DNA of 64,000 bases from Chrysomallon squamiferum (lineage: Eukaryota; Animalia; Mollusca), in contig CM022679.1 of assembly GCA_012295275.1 (NCBI GenBank), forward strand, positions 11,346,001 to 11,410,000. The letters are read 5' to 3'. Positions 12,081-25,150 of this stretch are shown here, one piece after another. Below the pieces are notes generated by a model that worked only from the letters and a program-made list of their open reading frames with translations, was not told the origin of the DNA and ran no database searches. How positions within the stretch are numbered: position 1 is the first letter of the stretch; the number at the start of each line of letters is the position of its first letter. The position numbers and the translations under genes were made by a program.

Positions 12081-15000
12081 CTATAAAACTGTTTTCCTTA
12101 TTTCCCACTGTTTAACAACATCAACAACAGTTTCTGCTGAGTCAAGGCAGCCATCAAATCTTGGAAACTGTGAAAATGCATCACCAGCAAGAACCAGGAG
12201 AGGACACCAGTTTAAAACAAGACAGCCAGTATGTCCATCAAAACCTTTGAAAACCTTGGGAAAAAAACAAAAAAAGGAGCCATTAATGAAACTGTTAAAA
12301 TGGATTTTGTTCAGAAACATAATAATTTCTTCTGTAAACATTTTTTTTAAACTTTAAATTATTTTTAAAAACTTAAAATGCATAATAGATCAAAATAATA
12401 TTTTTAATTTATATCAAAGAAATATGCTTAATGAAACATAAGCAATCAGTTAACAAGAAAATCAAATAATGTAAAGTGGACAAATATTATTGTTTCAGTC
12501 CAGTTAAAATGATACCAACATTTAAAACTTGAAAACAGTATCATATTAAATTTCAGATAGAAAACTAATGTTCCTTATAGCCACGCTTAATTTTGAGAAA
12601 CAAATAAACACAAAATAAAATGTTCAAAACTGCTGTTTATAATTTCCAATTCAGTTTCAGTATACTCTCAGATTTAATGATTCTATTTTTGTGACATGAG
12701 CCAAAGGTAGCATTAGTACATTATTCCGATATAAAGTAATAATATTCTCAAGTTTAAGTAACTCATTTCATGACGTCAGCCAAAGGTAAAGTTTGAATAT
12801 TATTCTGAGGCAAGATATGAAACATAATATTAAAATTCAGAAATGTGATGATTGCGCCACTGAACTGATGACATGAACTCCATAATTTTAGGACATCACA
12901 TAATAGAACACCTGTGAGTATTTCCATTTGTGAGATATGACTGCATCAGGTTCTGGAAGTTCTGGCAGAATGTCATTTAGATGTGTCATTATAATGTCTT
13001 TAACATCTTCTGTGTCTTTGTCTATGTGCTGCAGGCTGAATGGTACACTGGTGTGAACAAGAACTGAGGAGGGTTCATCTTCAAGAGAAAAAAACAAACA
13101 AAAAACATTAATTTAAAAAATTTACCCAGAAAACATTTACTCAAAACTAAATAAAGCAGAAATCTAAAAATGAATATATAATTGTTTGAAAATTATTTCA
13201 CATTTTAAAATGCCATTTAAAATACAAAGAAGAATTAGGTCACTGATCTATTGCTTTAATTCTGTCTAAAACAGACTTCCGATAACATTTTTTTTTCTTT
13301 CTTTGTTTTTTTTCTTTTATTTTTTTTCTTATTTATTTTCTTATTTATTTATTTATTTTTATTTATTTTTGTTTATTTGTTTTGTTTTAATAAAAAAAAC
13401 ATTAATAAAACTGCAACAGAAAAGTAAAAAAAATTCCCTTTGCCATCAAATAAGTCAGCATTTTTGATCCAATAAAAGCTTATTCATTTATAATAATAAA
13501 AGTTGTTCAGTGTGTTCAGTAAATAATTATATCATGTTTCCTTATTTATTTATTAATTTTTGTTTTTATCAATCTCTTTTTTAATAACTTTACACTTCAA
13601 GAGTCTATGTTTTAACATTATCTGAACTATGATGTACAGGATTGATGAATTAAATACAGTGGAATTTCTTCAAACATATTTGTGACAAACAATAAATGAT
13701 ACTCACCATTTTGTTCTCTTTTTTTGTTATCAAAGCTTACAAATCTAATACACGGATCATCATAGAAATATCTGGCTGTCCAGGGATATGAGAAAGAGAC
13801 TTGTTTCTTGTAGAACAGACCCAGACAGAATCTAGAAGAGTAGGAGACATTGTCTAGTTTCTCTCTCACCTCAGGCTGATTTGCTGAAAGTCAAAATCTT
13901 CAGTGTAAAATCTCAGATCTTTATAAGAAGAAGAATCTAATGTATTTGATGTAAATAATTGGTGTAAAAACTTTTATTTATTATTATTATCATTATTTAC
14001 AATATTTTTTTATTATATATATAGACAATTTGACCTGCCCTTTTGTATTATTTTGTTGGAATTGCACAATTTGACATTTCTCATAGATTAACTATGGCCA
14101 ATAGGTATGATTATGGAAATGTTCAAGATTTCTTGTATGCTGTTTGTGTACACTTAGGTCAAAACTGGAGTTATTTAGGAAATCCAATGCTTTTATTTGC
14201 TCGTAATGAAGATAATTCAGTTAACAACTGCATGTTAATCTTTTTGGAATGTTTGAATAACAGTGTTAAAAATAAACTAAAGGCTAACATAAACAACTGT
14301 CTTACTTAAACAGTCTTGTATTGTTCCTCTGAGTTGCAGAATCTGAGGAACTGGCATTGTTAACACAACAACATCAAAACATTCAGTGACACCAGACACT
14401 GTAGAACAGGTCACCTTCTCAGGACCAACATCTACACTACATACATGATACTTCAACTTCGGTTCAGTTTCTGAAACAATCAGTCACAGGTATATTCCAA
14501 AATATTATTTATCACATAAAAATCATCTTTAACATAAAAGAAACTTATCTTTCAATATAAACTCAAAAAATTGTTTCCAAAAAATACTTTATCATGTGCA
14601 TAACTTTACTTTCATTTCATATTTGGAATTTTTTGTTTTATTTATTAAATATTGACAGTATTCACCTGCTTCCTGAATGAAATCGAGCACAATTGAGGCA
14701 CTTCCTTTTGGTGCAACATAATGTGCTGCATTAATGGATTTATCACCTTCAATAGAATCTTTAAGTTGAGTCAGAATCCCTTTGTCAATTAATCTGTTAT
14801 AAAATCTATAAAACACAAAAGTGTTATTGTTAATTAAAAATTTTAAATAATAATAATAATAATAATAATAACAACATTTGTTATTATTATAAAATAACAG
14901 TAATAAAATTCAGTTAAAATTTATGAATCAAAATAAATGTATTTTAATTCACTGAGGTTTCTTATATAAAACACTTTTGTGTAACTCTGTAGAAAAAAAA

Positions 15001-16081
15001 AAAAACCTCTCTCATCTTCCAAACAAAATGATAAAAAAATAAATTATCAGCAATAATATCATTTTGTTTAATTTTAATTTTCTGTTTTTGAAATTTAAAC
15101 ATAACTTTTTTTCATTGATTACAACAGATCTAAATATTCACTTATCCATATTCAAAAGGTATGGCAGAAGTTTATTCAGTACAAGAAATTAATCTGTATC
15201 CCTTCTTCAAAGCTAAGGAGTTTTATTTAAATTTAAGTTCAACATATTATAAATATCTGGTATTCTCAATGTCAAAATTGAAATGTTACATTTTATCACA
15301 CTTAGTGTTGACAATTGCAAAATGTTTGTTTAGAGTACATTTATAAAATGTTTAATTTCAACTGTATAAAAAGATTTCATTCTACATGCATTCACTTTTC
15401 TCTTTTCTTCCTGTAATCTTCTGTCAGAGAGAAATATTGTGCTCCAAGATCTACAGTGCTGCCATTGTCAAATGGACTCAGAGTAGTGGACATTCGACCT
15501 CCTAAATATAGATATATATATATGTATCTCAGTTATGTCATTTAAAAATCAGTTAAATGGAGAGATACACAATTATCTATAAATAAATATAATTTTCAAA
15601 ATAATAAAATTATCATTCAAAATACTGTTTTATTACTACCACTACTCCTGCTGCTACTGCTATTATCTAACTACTACTGCTAAAAACAATAACAATCAAA
15701 TAAAATAATAATAATAATAATAATAATAATAATCTATTACTGTACTAGGCCTACTACTAATACTTACTAATAATAACAATAACAGAAATAACAAACATAA
15801 TTAACTTATACAGTTATTGTTTTTATATATTTCTTTTAAAAATGTATATATATTACATTACATAAAGTAACTGATAATGAAATTTTTTAAAGTTTGGTGA
15901 ACCAGTTATAGTTTGTTAGACTTAGGCTTTGTAGAGTTTTGCATTTATTACCTGGTTTTTCATACGCATCCCACAAACAAATTTCTGTTCGTGAATTAAG
16001 TTCTTTTTTAAGTGCAGCTGCAGCAGAAACACCTGTGATGCCACACCCAACGATTAGTATTCTTGACCTTACTTGAAGCAT
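12081..16081 (-). CDS. RNLS: Renalase (FAD-dependent NAD(P)H isomer oxidase)
   Basis: Seven exons: 16081-15952, 15501-15396, 14805-14666, 14470-14306, 13883-13707, 13078-12912, 12254-12081. Motifs ILIVGCGITG (GxGxxG), GGRMSTT, DLGAQY, VVLTMPVPQILQL, VSYSSRFCLGLFY, CIRFVSFDNKKR, VLVHTSVPF, HKWKYSQV, AGDAF..FDGC match renalase. Confidence 0.95.
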
Positions 16082-16358
16082 TGGTAATAAATTATATATA
16101 TAAATTCAGGTTTGTGGAATCAGACAAGACCCCAATCAGAAGAAACCAAATCGAGACTAAACATTGTAAATAAACCTCTGCTATCAGATTATTATTTATT
16201 TCTTTTCAAATTTTTGTTAAAATCAATGATACAACTAAGAAAGAGGAAATATATTTTTACAATCTTTAAAAATGCAATAAAAACTATAAATGAACAAAAA
16301 ATAAAATAATACGTTGTTTATTTTATAAATACTTATGGGGGTAGAAATTTTAAGTTAC

Positions 16359-16447
16359 GGTCTAAGGGGAACAACTCTCTTTATAATAGTAGGAACAAAT
16401 AAATAAACTATGAAAAGAAAATGTAATGGTCTAAGGGAAATAACTCT
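16359..16447. promoter_or_regulatory. Paired 20-bp direct motif upstream of renalase
   Basis: GGTCTAAGGGGAACAACTCT (16359-16378) and GGTCTAAGGGAAATAACTCT (16428-16447), 280-370 bp upstream of the ATG. Function is inferred only. Confidence 0.35.
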
Positions 16448-16749
16448 AAAAGGAATTTAAACATTTGTTATCTGTGTGGGATGTAATATTTAAATTAAAA
16501 AGAAATTTAATTGTAAAAGCAGTAGTTACATTGTAAAAATGTAATATCTAAAAAGCATGAAAAATTGATTTATGTGGAGAGAAGTGACAGTCCGTTGTTG
16601 CATTAATTACTGACGGCGTCCGAACTGTTCAAAGGGAATTCTGAACTTTTACAAAAACACCCTTGATTCAACAGATTGTTTATTCGTATATTTATAATTA
16701 CTTTAAAAAAAATATCTTTCTTTTCTTTCTTTTTTTCCCTGTTTGTTAG

Positions 16750-16983
16750 TATCCTGGATATCACAATTCAAATGTTAAATTTTATGAGACTGTGTTGACA
16801 TTTGCAAAATGTTTATTTAAGGTACATTTACAAAATGTTTAATTTCAACTGTATAAAAACATTTCATTGTACATGCATTCACTTATCTCTTTTCTTCCTG
16901 TAATCATCTGTCCGAGTAAAGTATTGTGCAAAAGATTTACAAAAGATTATCATTCAAAATACTGTTTTACTACTACCACTACT
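16750..16983 (-). pseudogene. Decayed partial duplicate of renalase exon 2 and flanking introns
   Basis: About 16790-16941 aligns with 15305-15455 (intron 2 plus the 3' half of exon 2, reading AQYFTRTDDYRKKRD), then jumps to match 15609-15647 of intron 1. The 5' half of the exon and its acceptor are deleted. Confidence 0.8.
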
Positions 16984-18044
16984 AGAATAATGAGAATAAT
17001 GGCAGTTTGAAAGAGTCTTCTAAATTAGAGTAACAGTCACACCATTTGCATAGACCTTGTGGAACCAATTAATCTCTGCTATCGACTGTACTAACACCCT
17101 ATTCCCCAGTGTGTATGTATATGTGTGTGACTAGATCACTCTTTTTTATAATGGCGACAGGTAGAGGTAAAAATATAACCACTTTTTATATCATGACTGT
17201 GATATTACTTAAAATATATAAAAATGATAAACATTGTAGTTAGAACACAGACTACAGTAAAATAGAAATAGGACAGATATTCCATTGTTTTGTAACAGTA
17301 CTGAATGAATATATGTGTGATGGGGAGAGGTTGGGAACAGAGGCAGTGTAGAAATAGGCTCATTTTTTCTAAAATTATATTTTAATATTTCTATTTCTTT
17401 AGTTATTAGACTGAAACCTGACTAAAGAGACAAAATACTTTTGTTGCAATTTATCAGACATACTGTACTTTAAACTGTTGTTAAACACAAATGTAATTAA
17501 TTTTGTGCAACGAAAGGTGCAAAACCCCCAATTTGATCCATTTCTAATGTACAAATATATGTTGTTCATATTAAAATTATATATGGCAGGAAGGCTTATA
17601 GTGAGATTCAATTAAAAACACCATCACTACTGGTATGTGTGGTTATTATGACGGGGGTTTGTGATTTCTAGGGGGGAGGGATATATGATTTCCTAGGAAA
17701 TCACAAGTGGAGGTTTGGTGCTGATCACCAGGTGTACTATTTTCAACCACATCATCAGTATGGAAGGAATCCTTTCCCTTGTTTGCAACTATAATCGTTC
17801 TTTTGCTTTATTTGTATGTAAATTTTCCTCCTAGTCTCTTTCTTTCTTCCCTTTTGCTGTGAGGTTATTTCTTGTCACTGATATTTCTTATTTTGCTTAT
17901 TATCATCATGACTGGTTTCTGCTGGTCATACTTTTTTTTAACGGACATTTTGTACTCTTTCACTTAAAATAACTTGTTTTGGTATTCTTTCATTCACTGA
18001 CTTACTGTCCCAGAATATTTTACATGTTTTGCTGTTTTTGTCTA

Positions 18045-18445
18045 AGGGTCATTCTGTGTCAAATCACCCAATGGGTTAAACCCAACCGTCTCAGATTTTT
18101 ATGAAACTTGGTATACTTGTTTACTGGGATCCCACCACAACACCAAATCTGAAATGTTAGGCCAATTGGACCAGTGGTGTGGGAGATATGGCCCACCGAA
18201 TTATAAGATTTTTGGCAAAAATGGGCATGACCACCAACCTTTGAACCCTCATATCTCGGGAACTACTGGGCCAGTCTTCATAAAATTGGTATTGTTGTAA
18301 AGGCAATATGACAAGGATTCCAAGGTTATAACAAAGGTCAAAAGGTCAGTGACCCCCAAAGTTTCCAAACTGAACAATAATGGCAGATTTGGAATCCTTG
18401 TCATATTGCCTTTTCAACAATACCAATTTTGACATGGAATGACCT
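18045..18445. mobile_element. Non-autonomous DNA transposon (MITE-like) relic with internal inverted repeat
   Basis: Imperfect terminal inverted repeats AGGGTCATTCTGTGTCAAA ... TTTGACATGGAATGACCT. GC content is raised, and a 42-bp internal inverted repeat (18282-18323 vs 18389-18430) has one mismatch. Confidence 0.65.
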
Positions 18446-20569
18446 CAAAGTATTTCTGCTCATCAGAATTTTGTTTATCCTTTCTGGCTTTCCTAACAGA
18501 TGTACAATGCATTTACCCCAAATTATTCTGTTTTGCAGATCAAACTGTACTGCACTTACGATACTGGTCAACATCATTTTTATTATTATATTATTACTAT
18601 TTAATATCATTATTTTAATTATTTTAATATCAAGAAAGGAGCATCATCTTGAAAATTAATCAATTTAGCTACAAAAATGTTTGAAAAACAGTCTTTACTT
18701 ATCTTCATTTCTATGTAAATAAACCATGCCATTATGCTAAGAATAATGCAGTTTTACCTTCACAAAATTTAAATTAAAAAATAAAATAAAATAAAGTAAT
18801 AAAGAGAACATGAAGTGCGAAAAACAAATATTTGATTAATCATTCTATAAAACATATTTTAGTTTTTCCAGACTACAACTATGATTAATCAATTCAGAAC
18901 ATAACAAGCATGTTCCACCAATATTTCATTGTACACTTTACATGTTCGACATAATGTGGTCCATGCAGGTTGTTACCTTTTCATTATTGATCAGTAAGTA
19001 TCTAAACTGAATAAAAACACAAACTAATATGGTTTCTTTTGTTAAGATTGAGCATCAGATTATCAAATATAGTATTAAGTGCATAAAATGATATTTGATA
19101 ACATGAAACTTAACCATACATATACAGTAACTTATAAATATACGGAAAGTATTTAGGCAATGTATTTATGCACAATGTGACAGTTAAATGTTAATAAAAT
19201 AACATTAATCATGAACTTCATCAGAATCCAAAATAAATAAATTAAAGTTTGGTTGACAGTAAACATTTTATAAAAAAAAAAAAACCCCACTACCCCCATT
19301 AACTGTGAATCAGTTACTGATCGAAGTAAGATTTGATTTATAATATATAATATATTACTATAATTTATGTCTCGGAAGAGATAAATATGTCGAGTATGAA
19401 AATAGAATCTGAATTGTGATACTTGCAATTTTTTTATATAAAATAAATGATATCTGATACACACAGACACACACATATATATATACATTATAAGTAGTGA
19501 AAAGTTTAAATCTGCACATAAATATAACCTTTCATCTGATAATGTAAATTATAATTTTTAAAACAATATTTTCAGTTATTATGGAAGTTTGAATGATTTA
19601 AATTGAATCTATTATTTTTAATCTTGAGAAATCATATTTTATGACTTTTATTAATTATGGAAATTAAACATAATATCATAATATAAAAATACAAATTTTC
19701 AAACCAGTTAAAGAAGATGTAATAAGTGTGCTCGTTTTATTTTTTATTTTATATATTATGAATATTGTATTCAACAGTTTTAACACATTAAATTTCTGAA
19801 ATTAATCCATCCTTAGCCCTAAATAAAATATTTTAAATGTTTGCTTTTATTTGATTCCTTTGACAACATTTTGGAATTAGATGTGTCCTTTTACTAGTTT
19901 ATCACACTGAAGATAAGGTTTGTCCTTTTAACAGTCATCATTATTTGTTGGCAGTGCAATAGATTAAATATAATAAACAACATTTGGTGTTCTCTTTTAC
20001 CTTGTTTTCTGGATATTTATTTACTGATTTTACAATGGAAAGAGTTTGTTGATATAATATTTTCTACTGTTTATATTTAAATTAATCCATGTTCGTTTCT
20101 GTCCATGAAGATAAGGTACTGAATTTTTCTTGGACAATCACAATAACAGATTGATTACCAGCACATTGTCCAGACTAACTCAGTGGTTTGTCCAGAGGAG
20201 AAAGAAGGCTACCTGTTATACAGGTGGTTGTACATAAGATTTATCTGTTTAGAGAACCAGAAGGTAGACTGAGAGTAGGAAGCATATTAATTCTTTTGAA
20301 AATGCCCTTGTTTGTACCTCGAGTTCTTACACAAAAGCAATTGGAAGACAGGTCTTTGATAGGAGGCAGATTTATACCAGAAAGGTAATTTGGAGTTGAT
20401 ACATTTTGACTTCAGGTAACTGACTGCAGAGGCCATGGATTATTAATATTCGTACACAAGTTGGTAAAGTTCTTGTATTGATACAAAAAATAAAGTTTGA
20501 TGTTGAGAAAGTTTTATATATACTTTTTAAACATGACGTAAGTGAATCTAAGTAAAAGAATTTTTAAAA

Positions 20570-20579
<10 letters not shown>

Positions 20580-20620
<41 letters not shown>
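20580..20620. repeat. (TA)n microsatellite
   Basis: Directly visible. Confidence 0.95.
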
Positions 20621-20631
<11 letters not shown>

Positions 20632-20999
20632 TTTAAAAAAAAAAAAATTCTACCAACTGTACCTTTTCACTGACTGAAGTGTATAAAGAAATGCAAATTA
20701 TTTTAATACTTATTTTGGGCGTCTTAACAATGTTCAACAATATTGTCATTTGTGGGTTTTTTCTTTCTTGTTTTTGCCAATAAATATAAATAAAATATAT
20801 ATATTCTTTTTCAGTATTAAAGAAAAACTTTGGACAAATATCAAGGTATTGTATTGTTTGTTGTTTTTGTTATTATTATTTAATTAGTGTTCTTTAAATT
20901 ATCTATTACTATTTTAATTGCATAAAATAACAGCCCAGTTTTCAAACACAAAACATCTGCTTGCAAGTCAGAATATTCTTATTTGTTTTATGTTGTTCT

Positions 21000-21001
<2 letters not shown>

Positions 21002-21081
<80 letters not shown>
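21002..21081. repeat. (CT)n microsatellite, about 40 units
   Basis: Directly visible. Confidence 0.97.
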
Positions 21082-21084
<3 letters not shown>

Positions 21085-22619
21085 CTGAATGAGTGTGTTT
21101 CATTTTTAAATTTAATTACACTTCATTATTTGTACCAGGTATGTATTTGACTAGAATATTTCATTGATATTTTTTCATCCATTGATTCATTTTTATCTTA
21201 TTAGCTTTTTTATTATTTTTATTTATTTTATTTTTTATTTATATGTTGTTGTTGTTGTTATTTAAAAGCATTTCAAAGTTTACATTATTCTAGTCCAATT
21301 TCCATCATACTAACAACCATAATTACCTTCAAACAAAATGTTTACACTAGCACACTGAAATCAAAATTACATTCTGTCTTTCAAGAACAAATCATGACAG
21401 TACAGTTAGATTATGCACTGTAAGTGTTTTCTACAAAAAGGAAGAAAAATAGTTATGATTTAGTACAAACTAACAAAGAGCCTCAATTTAAAAAAGATTT
21501 GTAATTCAGATTCACTAAATCACATTAAACTGCTTTACATTGACAATGTTGTACATTTATTTGTTAAGGAGAAATCTGGATTAATTATGTTTTTGTGAAA
21601 TGAAAAAAAGTAAGTAAATGGAATTATAATGCTGATCTATTGAGATAGTAACAAAATGCATCATAACAGTTTTAATTTTTAACAATATACTCTGTTTAGC
21701 AAACAGTTTAAATATTTAATGCTTTCGAAAATAAAAACAGGTTATATTCAATACTGGTCATGTGTTATAAAAAAATATAGTTTAACAAAAATATAAATGA
21801 GTTGGTTCTTTTAAAGCTGATAAAAGTATATGTATTTTAATCATTATGTTCATCGTTTATTAAAAAATATATATATATATATATATGTTTGCTTGAGCAG
21901 AAGAATTTGTAGACGTAAATTAAATTGTGTATCATATGTAGCTGAGTATATGTGTATATGTAATTTGATAAAACTTGTAAAATTGTAACAAATGAAACAA
22001 AAATGTCCAGATTTTATATGTTAATATTTATTATTCAATAAAACTGTTAGCACTAAAAAAAAGTAAACATTTTTATTATTAATTGCTAATACATACATAT
22101 ATATAGATATATACAGAATTAAAATAAAAAATTATATTTATGTCATGAAATGCAAATTTTGTTTGCCTAGCTGATGAATTCAAGTAAGCTCTTAGCAGAC
22201 AATAACTTACTTATTGTGAAATCTAAACCAGCCTTCACAAATCAAATCTTCTAACAATAACAGACATTTGAACTGTTAGCTTATGAAAAATGAATATAAA
22301 AGCATGAAGGCACTGAAATTTTGCAGGGTTATAACATACATACCAATGGTGAAAACATGATCAAAACATTAATCAATTAATCCACCACTGTAAATGAAAT
22401 ATCAAAATTATCAATATTAAAGTTATGACATTTCCAATGGCATCTAAATATTTCAACTGGCAATGATTTCTTGGATATATTAACTATATAATACAATAAA
22501 AAATATCAAAAATATTAATAATAGATAGCACATATTACACCTCTTAGATATAACTACTGGATACAAAATATCAAAATTATTAATTGTAAGAATGTTACCC
22601 CACCACCAAGAACGAAGTA

Positions 22620-23283
22620 CAGTATTCCCTCGCTATTCGCGGGGGTTACGTTCTTTACCCCACCGCGAATATTGGATGTAGTTTTAAAACGTCTATTATG
22701 AGATTATATACGGTACTAAATGCTTCCCAAACACTTTCTAAAGACACTCTTACTCATTAATACAGTAATAAAGTAATATTGCATGCAGTTATGTATTTCA
22801 CTAATGTAGTAATGATAATGTAAACACATTTTAATTTTGTACTGAAACAATATTTTAATCAGAAAGAAACGTAAGTACAGGAGGACAGTAACACCGCATA
22901 GCATAGTTACCCATACTGTATTACTGCACCGTAAAGTCATTTTCTATGCGTACAACATATGTATTAGAATTGACAGAAAGTGGAACAAATTTAAAGGCAA
23001 AACAGACAGATAAATACAGTGCAATTAAAAACATTATTAATACACGGTCACAAAAAATATGCACTGTATATACAGTGTATGCATTTATAAAAAAAAATAC
23101 GTACTGTATTGCAATAATAATTGAAAAAATTTGATATTGTTTGTGCGGTTTACCGAGCATTTGTTTTTATGACGTTATGACGCTCGCCTGGTATACCCGC
23201 ATACAATGCGATAGGGTTAAGAGCCTAACCCGCGAATATACGGGGCCGCGAATGGGGAACCGCGAATAGGTGAGGGTATACTG
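22620..23283. mobile_element. Tc1/mariner (pogo/Tigger-type) MITE
   Basis: TIRs CAGTATTCCCTCGCTATTCGCGG and CCGCGAATAGGTGAGGGTATACTG, flanked by TA on both sides (22618-19, 23284-85). Repeated subterminal CCGCGAAT motifs, CpG-rich ends, no transposase ORF. Confidence 0.88.
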
Positions 23284-23971
23284 TACATGTTTTTTCTGTC
23301 TATTACAACTTGGGTCTATTAACTAATTAACAGTCACAAATAAAATATCAAAATTATTAATAATATCTTCTGTCATACCACTATCAGTATGTAAGGGTTC
23401 AAATATATAGTGAAAAACAAACTCTTACATTACAAAAAAAAATATATAATAAAAAAAAAAACATATTTCATTAAGTATCGTTTAGGATATAGCAGTTCAT
23501 AATTTGTATTAATATATAGGTTGTAAAATGAGATAATTATTATATTTACAAATTATCTAACAAAAATGAAAGTCCATATTAATTATATATGGGCACAAAA
23601 GCATTTTTCTGAAAATTATCTATAATTTAGAAAGAATTTTTTTTTATTTTTAATTTTTAATTTTTAATTTATTTATCAAAGACAAAGATAATGTAGCTAA
23701 AACCAGTGAGTATATATGTATGTGTGTGTGTGTGTGTTTTTTGGGTGCATGTGTGTGGGATCCTTTTATTTTTTTTATAAAATTATGTTTGTCCAGTTTT
23801 CCTTTCAGTAGCTCTAAGTTTCCATCAGTAATGGTTGATCTGGCTTAATGACAATGTTGCTGGCCAGAAGCGATCATGGATGAATTTCTTCTTCTGGTGG
23901 CATTGCATCATCTGTGTAAGGCATAAACTGTGGTGTGTCAAATGCAGTGATTTCAATTTGGATTATAGTAG

Positions 23972-25150
23972 TCATTCATTTTCAATGTTGTCATATTTTG
24001 GATTTAAATACTGACTTTTAAGGACTCCGTGGCAAGGGTGCCATGGAATTTCAAATGAAGAAAATTCAGACTTGTCCCTTGACATTTTCTTTAATTTTTT
24101 TTTATCCTGACTCCTTAAATTTAAAAAAAAAAAAAACAAAAAAAAAAACACATTTTATTCATATTCTTTTAACATTTTGTTAACAATATAGTTTTTAAAA
24201 AAAAATATAATATAGCAGCATTTCTGAGTATCATTAGAAAAGTAACCCCATACTGAAAACACCAATGTGTTCCACAAACATTAAAAAATTCCCTTGGTCA
24301 CCACCAACATTTTAAATTGTCTCATTACCAGCAACATTATCTTGACAGAAAATGGGCATCAAATTATAAAAAAAAGCGGAAAATTATGTGATGTTAATCA
24401 AGACACCATCAATTTTGTACATTCCATGTTTTTTGATAAGAGACCATGTTTCATAAAGTTACCATAATATTATCATTAACTTTCACTGAACTTCTGCAAA
24501 AAGTTCAGAATGAATACACTAGATTGATAAAAAAAGGATTTATTTCTCACCTTTTCCTCACTACACATCCAGTGATAATAAGTAAAACAGTAAGTAATGC
24601 AACTCCACTACCAATGGCACCTCCAAGAATCTCTCTCATTTGACTGTTACTACTTAGATCTGTATGCATAAGAAGTCATAATCATTTTCATTGTTTTATT
24701 CTATCCTGGCAATGATTAGTTAAAACTTCTTACATATTTTAATACTGTCTACAAGATGACAGTCAAAAAACTGTTTTAAAATAATAATTAGTCTTAATTC
24801 ATCTCAGAACTATGAAACTTATTGTTATTATTATTATTATCATTATAAAAGATATTTTCAAATAAGTGTTTAAATTTCAAAATCCAGCCATCAGCAGCTC
24901 AAAATGCAAATTAGCAAAAAATTACATTTTAATGTTTCTGTTTTGTGCATTTTACAGTAACTTGAGATTTCAGAAATTTATAAGCTACAACTACAATCTG
25001 CATTTTATTCCCTGAATTGCAATGTTTATTTAATACCTTTCCTAATTTCACACTGGGCTCCATAATATGAACTAGAACACAAGCAAGTTGCAGTTTCCTC
25101 AATACAAGTTCCTCCATTCTGGCAGTAGTTTGGCTCAGCTATACATTTAT
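23972..25150 (-). CDS. Juxtamembrane EGF, transmembrane and cytoplasmic-tail exons of the Uif-like gene
   Basis: CIAEPNYCQNGGTC..CLCSSSYYGAQC (25150-25037); ILGGAIGSGVALLTVLLIITGCVV-RKR (24659-24551); tail ending ..YLNPKYDNIENE* (24113-23972). Confidence 0.8.
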
